Origin: Patescibacteria group bacterium
GTDB lineage: Bacteria > Patescibacteriota > Minisyncoccia > Phycocordibacterales > UBA9973
Direction of reading: 5' to 3'
NCBI GenBank assembly: GCA_040384805.1
Contig: JAZKIP010000004.1
Location: forward strand, 118,954 to 168,553
DNA: 49,600 nucleotides
The notes beneath the pieces are model-generated. The model had not been told where the DNA came from, did no database searches, and saw only the letters and a list, made by a program, of their open reading frames with translations. Position numbers and translations under genes: made by a program. Below, in pieces: positions 1 through 7,916 of this stretch. Every line of letters begins with the position of its first letter. Positions within the stretch are counted from its first letter, which is position 1.

Positions 1-2
1 CA

Positions 3-452
3 TGGCAGGAATGCATTGAAAAGGACTCAATCTTCTTTTCAAAATTTATAAAAGATTTCGAGCTTGAACTCGCACTGCCTGAAAAATTCACAGAACAGGT
101 GATGAAATCGGATGTTGTCTATCTGCGAGGGGGCCATACTCAGCAATTATTTAGACTATTGAGTCTCGATACTGATTGGATTTCAGAACTTGACGGAAAA
201 ATTTTGGCTGGAACTTCTGCCGGAGCTGAAGTTATTGCTTCCTATTATCATGTACTAAGCACCAATAGGACGGGCGAAGGATTCGGCCTCGTGCCTATTA
301 AGGTTATCCCTCACTGGAAATCTGATTATTTTGATGATACAAAGCAAGATATTGACTGGAAGAAGGCTCTCAAAGAATTAAAAGAATACAAGGAAGATCT
401 TCCCATATATACTCTTGTTGAAGGGCAGTTCGAAGTTTTCCATGATAAATAG
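3..452 (+). CDS. Peptidase S51 / class I glutamine-amidotransferase-like protein (5' truncated by window)
   Basis: Frame is open from base 3. It has the YLRGGHT motif, the nucleophile elbow GTSAGA and VIPH, typical of the PepE/cyanophycinase (S51) family. Confidence 0.75.
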   Translation, partial: WQECIEKDSIFFSKFIKDFELELALPEKFTEQVMKSDVVYLRGGHTQQLFRLLSLDTDWISELDGKILAGTSAGAEVIASYYHVLSTNRTGEGFGLVPIKVIPHWKSDYFDDTKQDIDWKKALKELKEYKEDLPIYTLVEGQFEVFHDK

Positions 453-547
453 TATTGCGATAATAGGGGATAGCAAGATTCCTGTTTGAACTCGTTAATG
501 ATACTATAAAGATAGGCCGATATTATTATCTTTTAAGGTCTTAAAAT

Positions 548-775
548 ATGGAAAATCAAACAAATAATGTTCCCGCGCAGCCGCAAGGTTCATCGGGAGC
601 AAATACAGTATTACTTGTCCTCATTATCGTTATCCTTGTCGGCTTCGGCTGGTGGTGGTACAGCCACGGATCTCGCAGGCAGGCTCCGGCGAATGAGAAT
701 CCGAGTATAAATGTCGATGTGAATCTTCCGGCAGGCGACACAGGTTCCCGCGGAGACACAGCCCCGGCTGAATAG
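548..775 (+). CDS. Small single-pass membrane protein
   Basis: 75 aa with one hydrophobic helix (VLLVLIIVILVGFGWWWY) and a low-complexity tail, followed by a hairpin. Confidence 0.7.
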   Translation: MENQTNNVPAQPQGSSGANTVLLVLIIVILVGFGWWWYSHGSRRQAPANENPSINVDVNLPAGDTGSRGDTAPAE

Positions 776-785
776 ACCTCCTTTC

Positions 786-839
786 ATATCAAAAATACGA
801 AAATCGGCGAGATCTCGCCGATTTTCGTATTTTTGATAT
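786..839. terminator. 54-bp perfect palindrome, probable bidirectional terminator
   Basis: ATATCAAAAATACGAAAATCGGCGAGA|TCTCGCCGATTTTCGTATTTTTGATAT is self-complementary about 812/813. Confidence 0.7.
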
Positions 840-848
840 ACTTTATTC

Positions 849-1250
849 ATGCTCAAAGGGTTCAAACAATTCATTCTGAGGGGAAATGTCATTGATCTGG
901 CAGTCGGCGTTGTTATCGGTGCTGCATTCAACGGAGTTGTGAATTCTTTAGTAAAGGATATTATTACGCCCTTTATAAGCGCTATTGCGCAGGTGCCGGA
1001 CTTCGGCACTCTTTCTTTTACTATCAACGGCACTGCGTTCATGTATGGAGCGTTCATCAATTCCCTCATATCATTCCTTCTTGTGGCCGCCACTGTGTAT
1101 TTCTTTGTCATGACGCCGCTCAATGCTCTTGTCGCTCGCATGCGCAATCAGAAGCCTCTTGATCCGACGACGAAGAAATGCCCGGAATGCCTAAGCGAGA
1201 TCCCTATCGACGCAACGCGCTGCGCTCATTGTGGGATTAAAGTTGCATAA
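849..1250 (+). CDS. mscL: Large-conductance mechanosensitive channel with C-terminal zinc ribbon
   Basis: FKQFILRGNVIDLAVGVVIGAAF and YGAFINSLISF; C-terminal CPEC...CAHC. Confidence 0.95.
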   Translation: MLKGFKQFILRGNVIDLAVGVVIGAAFNGVVNSLVKDIITPFISAIAQVPDFGTLSFTINGTAFMYGAFINSLISFLLVAATVYFFVMTPLNALVARMRNQKPLDPTTKKCPECLSEIPIDATRCAHCGIKVA

Positions 1251-1258
1251 ATAGTATT

Positions 1259-1912
1259 ATGGATAAGAGATTCATACTCCCCAAAGGAATACTCGTACTG
1301 CTTTGTCTTGCGGTTGTTCTTAATATTGTCCGCATTGTCGTATTTGAAACCTACTCATTCGTCTATATATTGTGGAATATATTTCTTGCGATCATTCCTT
1401 TTGCGATAAGTTCGATTCTTTTGTGGTACGTTAAGAATAAGAAGCCGATGAAGATACTTCTTATTATCGGTGGAATATGCTGGCTTTTATTTTTCCCAAA
1501 TGCACCATATATTGTTACCGATATCATTCATGTTAATCGGGGATACGCCATCCGGGCTCTCTATGATTCGTTTCTGCTTTTCAGTTCGGCATGGGCGGGA
1601 CTCCTGCTCGGACTGCATTCTCTTTCCCATATAGAAAAGATCATCCGCATGAAATATTCGCAGGGCAAGACGGAAGCAATGATGATCGCCATCCTGCTTC
1701 TCTCAAGTTTCGGCATTTATCTGGGGAGATTCCTTCGTTTCAATACATGGGATGTGATCGCCGATCCCTTGTCTCTCGGTCATAGGATAATAACGATCGT
1801 AGCATATCCTCATTTGCACGGGATCGTTTTCGCTCATGTGACCCTGTTCTTCGGCTTTATTTATCTGTCCTATAAAGCATGGAAATATGAAAGAAAAGAT
1901 CTTACGCTATAA
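1259..1912 (+). CDS. DUF1361 family membrane protein
   Basis: WNIFLAIIP, WLLFFPNAPYIVTD and GIYLGRFLRFNTWD motifs. Confidence 0.85.
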   Translation: MDKRFILPKGILVLLCLAVVLNIVRIVVFETYSFVYILWNIFLAIIPFAISSILLWYVKNKKPMKILLIIGGICWLLFFPNAPYIVTDIIHVNRGYAIRALYDSFLLFSSAWAGLLLGLHSLSHIEKIIRMKYSQGKTEAMMIAILLLSSFGIYLGRFLRFNTWDVIADPLSLGHRIITIVAYPHLHGIVFAHVTLFFGFIYLSYKAWKYERKDLTL

Positions 1913-2834
1913 CCTGCCCTGCATGAATTGCTTTCTTTGATTTGAGGAAGAAGTAGATGATGATGACTGATGTAACCAGAGGGGAGACATAAGCGGGTAT
2001 ATGAACACCGAACCCGTGAGAAACCATGATTGCCCCCAATGCGAAGATCGAATACATGGCGCCGTTCTTCAGGTACTTGTATCTCTTGATCCGATCAATG
2101 TTGCTTATTGTCAGCTTTCGGAGAACGAATGCACCGATACCGTTACCAACCAAGATAAGCGGGATCGAAAGAGTGAATGCGAATGCCCCGAGAACTCCGT
2201 CGATCGAGAATGTCGCATCAATGACTTCGAGGTATAGGATTTTCGAAACATCGCTCATGCCGCTCTTGTTCTCCAAAAGCTTCTGCTCGCCCTTCTCTGC
2301 GTTCTCCTTAAATCCATGGGTAATGAAGAATGCGGTCGAGCCGATTACCGCTCCGAATGCCATCATCACATTTATCTTCAGCGCATACCAAACAACAACC
2401 GAAAGAATAATCGAGACGATCGCATAAAACCAGACACTGTGTCGCTGGAAGAAAACCTCACCACGAAGACCGATATTCTTCGTTTCAAGAAAAAGCCAGT
2501 GAAAAAAGAGGAAAACAAGGAAGATACCACCTCCCATCAATAGGATCGGAGATGCTGTTTCAATCGCCTGATGAACGCTTGGATCGTTTGAGAACGTTGC
2601 GGTGAATGCTCCGATGGGGCCGAGGCTCGGGATCGTCGCCCAGATGATGATCCACGGAAGGAGACCGCGGACAAGGAAGACGGCGATAAAGAAGCCCCAC
2701 ACAAGGAACCAGCGGCGTGCCTTCTGTTTCATCGTACTTAAGACTTCAGCATTGATAACTGCGTTGTCGATACTTGAGACGATCTCGAAGAGACACAAAC
2801 CTAAGATTGTCACTATCATCATTCCTATTTCCAT
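1902..2834 (-). CDS. DUF475 / TerC-like integral membrane protein
   Basis: FEIVSSIDNAVINA and LEVIDATFSIDGVLGAFA motifs. Start uncertain (2852, 2834 or 2822). Confidence 0.85.
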   Translation of the reverse strand: MEIGMMIVTILGLCLFEIVSSIDNAVINAEVLSTMKQKARRWFLVWGFFIAVFLVRGLLPWIIIWATIPSLGPIGAFTATFSNDPSVHQAIETASPILLMGGGIFLVFLFFHWLFLETKNIGLRGEVFFQRHSVWFYAIVSIILSVVVWYALKINVMMAFGAVIGSTAFFITHGFKENAEKGEQKLLENKSGMSDVSKILYLEVIDATFSIDGVLGAFAFTLSIPLILVGNGIGAFVLRKLTISNIDRIKRYKYLKNGAMYSIFALGAIMVSHGFGVHIPAYVSPLVTSVIIIYFFLKSKKAIHAGQVIA

Positions 2835-2882
2835 ATAGACTATAGTATACATATTTTGGTCTCTTTATGATAGAGTTTAGGC

Positions 2883-4112
2883 ATGTTGAAAAATAAGACG
2901 ATCGTTACGATCTTTTTCACGATCTTTATCGATCTTCTGGGGTTCGGGATTCTTATTCCGATCCTTCCCGAACTTTTTGCGGACCCCCACTCTGAATTTT
3001 TCCTCTTGCCGGGTTCTGTCGGAATCCAGACGGGGTATCTGCTTCTCGGGCTTCTTGTTGCCTCGTATCCTCTGGGGCAATTCATCTCGACTCCGATCCT
3101 TGGACAGCTCTCGGATAAATACGGCCGCAAGAAAATCCTTGCGATATCTCTTTTTGGAACTTCGATTTCATATATTATTTTTGCAATTGGTATCATGATC
3201 GGCAATATCCCGCTTCTATTCGCTGCCCGGTTCTTTGATGGTCTCACAGGCGGCAACATCGCAGTCGCCCAGGCCATGATTGCCGATGTGAGCAAGCCTG
3301 AGAATCGGGCGCGGAATTTCGGCATGATGGGAGCGGCTTTTGGTCTTGGGTTTATCTTCGGCCCGTATATCGGAGGCAGGCTTTCGGATCCGAATACGGT
3401 ATCGTGGTTTACAGCCGCAACGCCTTTTTATTTCGCGGGGATACTCGCATTTCTCAATATGCTTTCGGTTACATTTCTTCTTTCCGAGACAAACAAGAAT
3501 CTCCAGAAGACGAAGATCACCTGGACCAAATCACTTTCCAATATCGCAAGCGCCTACCGGATGAAGGGGATCAATATTCTTTTTCTTACCAATTTTCTTT
3601 TTTACGGAGGATTCGGATTTTTTACAACCTTCTTCGGGGTATTTCTAATAAATAAGTTTAATTTTTCCCAGGGCAATATCGGGGATTTCTTTGCCTATAT
3701 AGGACTCTGGAGCATTTTTACTCAAGCGATCGTCACCCGATTCGTTGCCAAGAGATTCCCCGAGGCGAAAGTTCTCCGGATGACCCTTTTCGGCGCGGCT
3801 CTCATGATCCTTGCGTATTTCCTTCCGGAAAAGTCCTGGCAGATGTATCTTATCCCGCCGATCGGAGGCATCATGAGCGGTCTTGCCATGACCAACCTGA
3901 CAAGCCTGCTTTCACGATCAGCTCCCGCAAATATTCAGGGCGAAATCCTCGGCATCAATGCTTCCGTTCAGGCTCTTGCCCAGGCGATACCGGCAATATT
4001 GTCCGGATTTGTTGCGGCAACTCTTTCGCCCCAGTCTCCGATTATCATTGCCGCTATTATCATGGCTTTCGGAGCCCTTGCATTCCGCATGTTGTATAAA
4101 CCGGCCTCTTAG
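2883..4112 (+). CDS. MFS drug:H+ antiporter (TetA/DHA1-like)
   Basis: Motif A GQLSDKYGRKK, ARFFDGLTGG and GLGFIFGPYIGG; about 12 TM segments. Confidence 0.9.
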   Translation: MLKNKTIVTIFFTIFIDLLGFGILIPILPELFADPHSEFFLLPGSVGIQTGYLLLGLLVASYPLGQFISTPILGQLSDKYGRKKILAISLFGTSISYIIFAIGIMIGNIPLLFAARFFDGLTGGNIAVAQAMIADVSKPENRARNFGMMGAAFGLGFIFGPYIGGRLSDPNTVSWFTAATPFYFAGILAFLNMLSVTFLLSETNKNLQKTKITWTKSLSNIASAYRMKGINILFLTNFLFYGGFGFFTTFFGVFLINKFNFSQGNIGDFFAYIGLWSIFTQAIVTRFVAKRFPEAKVLRMTLFGAALMILAYFLPEKSWQMYLIPPIGGIMSGLAMTNLTSLLSRSAPANIQGEILGINASVQALAQAIPAILSGFVAATLSPQSPIIIAAIIMAFGALAFRMLYKPAS

Positions 4113-4128
4113 ATATACTATATATAGT

Positions 4129-4192
4129 ATGAATCCCGACTCCCGCACCTGTCCCGCCTCCGCTCTCGCTTCGGACGGGCAGGCAGAATTAT
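4129..4192 (+). pseudogene. Fossil N-terminus of a Cys-rich paralog (MNPDSRTC..QN) interrupted by a 31-bp palindromic insert
   Basis: Removing 4153-4183 gives MNPDSRTCQNY in frame with the ATG at 4193. This resembles the start MNPETKQCGNC of the paralog at 5947. Confidence 0.55.
4148..4183. repeat. Short GC-rich imperfect palindromic element (CCTG-T-CCCG...CGGG-CAGG)
   Basis: cctgtcccgcctccgctctcgcttcggacgggcagg; shares the terminal GGCAGG with elements at 21541 and 27225. Confidence 0.6.
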
Positions 4193-5938
4193 ATGATAAC
4201 TGAAACGGAAAATAGAATATGCCAAAATTGCAAACAGGATTTTATCATCGAAGCCGACGATTTCGCTTTTTATGGCAAAATCAATGTACCTGCACCGACG
4301 TTTTGTCCGGAATGCAGATTTGTGAGAAGAATGTGTTGGCGAAACGAAAGAAGCTTGCATAAAAGATTATGCTCTTTATGTGCAAAAAGTATTATTTCTA
4401 CATATAGAGAAGGTGTTATGTTCCCAGTCTATTGCAAAGAATGCTGGTACGGAGATCAATGGGATCCGAGAGCATATGGTCATGACTATGATTTTGATAA
4501 AACATTCTTTGAACAATACAAAGAGCTTTCGAGTAAAGTGCCGAGACTTGCTCTCTGGCAGAGAAATGTCGTTGATTCGGAATTTTCTAATTTAATCGGA
4601 GAATGTAAAAACGTATACATGTCCGTTTCCGTAGTGCTTCAATCAGAAGATGTATATTACTCAAAGGGGGTAGATAGTTCGCGGGGCATTGTTAGCAGTT
4701 ACAATGTTGTAGATTGTGATCAGTGTTTTGAGAATATGGAGGGAGAGAAAAATTACAACAGTCAGTATCTAACGCTTTCTCGAAACTGTATCGACTCATA
4801 TTATCTTTTTGACTGTGTTAATTGCTCCCATTGCTTCATGTGTTCCAATCTGCGCAATAAGGAATTTTGTATACGAAACAAGCAATATACCAAAGAAGAA
4901 TATTTTAATAGATTGACTGAGATGCATTTGGAAAGCAATCTCCAGAGGAAAATACTTATTTCAGAATTCGATGATATTCAGGTTGCGGCTATCCATAGAT
5001 TTGCCCATGTGATTCGCTCGGTTGATTCAACTGGCAATAATCTTTTAAATGTGAAAAATTGCATCAACTGCTTTGATATTCACGATGCTGAGAATGGCAA
5101 GAATTGTTATAGAGCTTTTTTATTTAAAGATAATATGGATGCTGATTATGCCGGCAAGTCGGAATTGATGTATGAATATACAACAGGAGCGAAGGATGAT
5201 TATAATGTAAAATTTTCTTATTCAGCAATGGATAATATTAGAAACGCAGAATATACGGAATCTTGCATATCGTCATCGGATATTTTCGGGTGCATCAGTT
5301 TTAAAAACGGGCAATACGCAATTCTTAATAAAACCTATTCCAAAGAAGAATTTATATCTCTTCGACAAAAGATCATAGATCAGATGATGGAAATGCCGTA
5401 TAGTGATGCAGGTGGCAGGATATATTCATATGGAGAATTTTTTCCTTTTGAACTTTCCCCATTTGCATATAATGAGACACCAGCGCAGGATTTCGTACCT
5501 TTAACCAAAGAACAAGCTTTACGTAAAGCTATTCCATGGAGAGATTTCGAGATAAAATTTTTTAATATAACTGTTGAGCATCAAAATATACCTGACGATA
5601 TATTATCTGTTGATCAGAATATTTTAAATGAAGTTCTGGGTTGCAGTCATGAAGGCAATTGCAATCATCAGTGCGCGACTGCATTTCGTATAACGCCATT
5701 CGAACTGCAATTTTATAAAAAAAATAAAATTCCGCTACCTACAGAATGCGCCAATTGCAGATTTTACGCCCGCTTTAATAAAACTCTTCCTCTTAAACTT
5801 TGGCACCGCTCGTGTATGTGTGATCTTTCGAATCATTCCCATGAAGAAATATGCCCAAATGAATTTGAAACTCCTTATTCTCCCGATCGGCTCGAAAAAG
5901 TGTATTGCGAATCCTGTTATCAGAAAGAAGTGCTATAG
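4193..5938 (+). CDS. Cys-rich CPR-type protein, paralog 1 (N-terminal zinc ribbons, Cys-ladder repeat core, C-terminal CxxC)
   Basis: CQNC-x-FY-x-P(A/P)PTFCPEC, WRNER, YGEFFP and CPNEFET...VYCESCYQ; colinear with the 5947 and 12922 genes. Confidence 0.85.
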   Translation: MITETENRICQNCKQDFIIEADDFAFYGKINVPAPTFCPECRFVRRMCWRNERSLHKRLCSLCAKSIISTYREGVMFPVYCKECWYGDQWDPRAYGHDYDFDKTFFEQYKELSSKVPRLALWQRNVVDSEFSNLIGECKNVYMSVSVVLQSEDVYYSKGVDSSRGIVSSYNVVDCDQCFENMEGEKNYNSQYLTLSRNCIDSYYLFDCVNCSHCFMCSNLRNKEFCIRNKQYTKEEYFNRLTEMHLESNLQRKILISEFDDIQVAAIHRFAHVIRSVDSTGNNLLNVKNCINCFDIHDAENGKNCYRAFLFKDNMDADYAGKSELMYEYTTGAKDDYNVKFSYSAMDNIRNAEYTESCISSSDIFGCISFKNGQYAILNKTYSKEEFISLRQKIIDQMMEMPYSDAGGRIYSYGEFFPFELSPFAYNETPAQDFVPLTKEQALRKAIPWRDFEIKFFNITVEHQNIPDDILSVDQNILNEVLGCSHEGNCNHQCATAFRITPFELQFYKKNKIPLPTECANCRFYARFNKTLPLKLWHRSCMCDLSNHSHEEICPNEFETPYSPDRLEKVYCESCYQKEVL

Positions 5939-5946
5939 TTATGTAT

Positions 5947-7644
5947 ATGAATCCGGAAACCAAACAATGCGGGAATTGTCAGAAAGATTTCACAATAGAA
6001 GCCGACGATTTCGCCTTTTATGACAAGATCAAGGTCCCTCCGCCGACGTGGTGTTTTGAGTGCCGACAGCAGCGCAGATATGCGTGGCGCAATGAGCGTA
6101 CATTATATAGAAGAAATTGCGATCTTTGCTCTAAGAGCATGGTAACTATCTATTCTCCCGAGAAGCCGTACAAAGTGTATTGCCAATCATGCTGGTGGGG
6201 CGATGAATGGGATACTGAATCATACGGAACAGAATTTGATTTTTCCCGTTCTTTCTCGGAACAATTTTCCGAATTGCAGCATAGAGTGCCTCGCATGGCG
6301 CTTTTAAGTAAAAATAGTGTTAATTCAGAATATGCGAACCATAGCGGCGATAATAAGAATGTTTATTTCGGTTTCTCGTGTTTCGGGGATGAAAACGTAT
6401 CCTATAGTACGTGGACTATGCAATCCCGGGACTGTATGGATTGCAGCTTGATTTATGAGAAAGGGGAACGTCTCTATGAATGCATCGATTGCAGATCGTC
6501 ATTTCATTGCCAATATTGCATTTTAGTGAGTGGATCGACAGACTGCTACTACTGTTACGATGTAAATAATTCAAGCAATTGTTTTTTATCGTCGAATCTC
6601 CGCAATCAACATTACGTCTTTATGAATCAGAAATATTCTAGGGAAGAATATTTAGAAAAAATCAAAGAATTTGATCTTGCGTCGCATGCGGTACGCCGCG
6701 CATTGTTCGAAGAATTCAGACGCATGGTAGAATATCACGCTATTCATAAATACATGATAGGCGAGCGGAATGTATCATCTTTCGGCAATATGCTTTTTGG
6801 ATGCAAAAATGTTACTCATTCGTTTGAAGTAGATAAAGGCGAGGACTGCACATATGTCTACGGCACTCTTGATCTTAAAGATTGCATGGATCTTTACCAT
6901 GTCGGATTCAAAACAGAACTCTGTTATGAGTGCCAAGGCAGCACACGATTATATAATTGCCAATTTTGCCACATGTGCTACGACGATTCGCATCTGATGT
7001 ATTGCGATTCATGCCAGAATAGTCAGAATCTTTTCGGCAGCGTCTCTGTGAAAAAAGGAGAATATATGATCTTCAATAAAAAATATTCGAAAGAGGAGTA
7101 TTATGAATTGAAAGATAAGATCATTGAACATATGAAGACAACCGGCGAGCATGGAGAATTCTTTTCGCCTGCGATCGCTCCGGTTTATTTCAATGAAACA
7201 CGAGCATCGATCTATATGCCGCTTTCAAAAGAAGAAGTACTCTCCCGCGGTTGGCAGTGGGAGGATAAAATCCCAGGTATATTCGGGAAAGGAACGATCA
7301 ATATGGAAGCCGTACCTGATCGGATCGATGACATAGGCGATGAGTTCAAATCGCATATATATACCTGCGGTATATGCACGAAAAATTACAATATTACAGC
7401 AGAAGAATTTGCGTTTTATAAGAGAGAAATCATTCCATTGCCGCGGAATTGTCCTGACTGTAGAGAAAAATCCAGAATCGCACAGCGACCACTGCGTAAA
7501 TCGTGGCACCGTACCTGCATGTGCGATAAAAAGACTCATGTTCACGCTGAAAGCCCTTGTTCCAATGAGTTTGAGACGTCATATGCTCCCGACCGACCGG
7601 AAAAGGTCTATTGCGAGTCGTGCTATCAGGCTGAAGTCCTCTAA
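5947..7644 (+). CDS. Cys-rich CPR-type protein, paralog 2
   Basis: Same architecture. Start placed at MNPETKQCGNC, 7 nt after TGCTATAGT. Confidence 0.85.
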   Translation: MNPETKQCGNCQKDFTIEADDFAFYDKIKVPPPTWCFECRQQRRYAWRNERTLYRRNCDLCSKSMVTIYSPEKPYKVYCQSCWWGDEWDTESYGTEFDFSRSFSEQFSELQHRVPRMALLSKNSVNSEYANHSGDNKNVYFGFSCFGDENVSYSTWTMQSRDCMDCSLIYEKGERLYECIDCRSSFHCQYCILVSGSTDCYYCYDVNNSSNCFLSSNLRNQHYVFMNQKYSREEYLEKIKEFDLASHAVRRALFEEFRRMVEYHAIHKYMIGERNVSSFGNMLFGCKNVTHSFEVDKGEDCTYVYGTLDLKDCMDLYHVGFKTELCYECQGSTRLYNCQFCHMCYDDSHLMYCDSCQNSQNLFGSVSVKKGEYMIFNKKYSKEEYYELKDKIIEHMKTTGEHGEFFSPAIAPVYFNETRASIYMPLSKEEVLSRGWQWEDKIPGIFGKGTINMEAVPDRIDDIGDEFKSHIYTCGICTKNYNITAEEFAFYKREIIPLPRNCPDCREKSRIAQRPLRKSWHRTCMCDKKTHVHAESPCSNEFETSYAPDRPEKVYCESCYQAEVL

Positions 7645-7655
7645 AATTTTAAAAG

Positions 7656-7664
7656 TGTGGATAA
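7656..7664 (-). promoter_or_regulatory. Consensus DnaA box upstream of nrdAB
   Basis: TGTGGATAA is the reverse complement of TTATCCACA. Confidence 0.45.
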
Positions 7665-7831
7665 AAGCGAACGAAATTCCTTTGCGTGAAAGTGAATTTT
7701 TCCATCGCATGAGTTCCTCAAAAAACACAACCCAAAAGGGCTTCCAGTAGAACGATTTTTTAGAAAATTCTTAAAAAAATTTGACGGATGACCATGCCTT
7801 TTACATAGTACTCATTTATGAGAGGTTTGCT

Positions 7832-7860
7832 TTGCGCTCCTGTATCAACAGGGGTATAAT
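7832..7860 (+). promoter_or_regulatory. Sigma70-type promoter of nrdAB
   Basis: TTGCGC-17-TATAAT; the spacer contains the inverted repeat CCTGT-atca-ACAGG. Confidence 0.6.
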
Positions 7861-7916
7861 GTGTATCCTATAAGCCGCAAAAAAGTCGTATACTTTATTA
7901 ACTAACCATATTATTC

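Noticed and set aside
7750-7916. NrdR boxes upstream of nrdA
   Set aside because: No tandem match to the acaCwAtATaTwGtgt-type consensus is visible.
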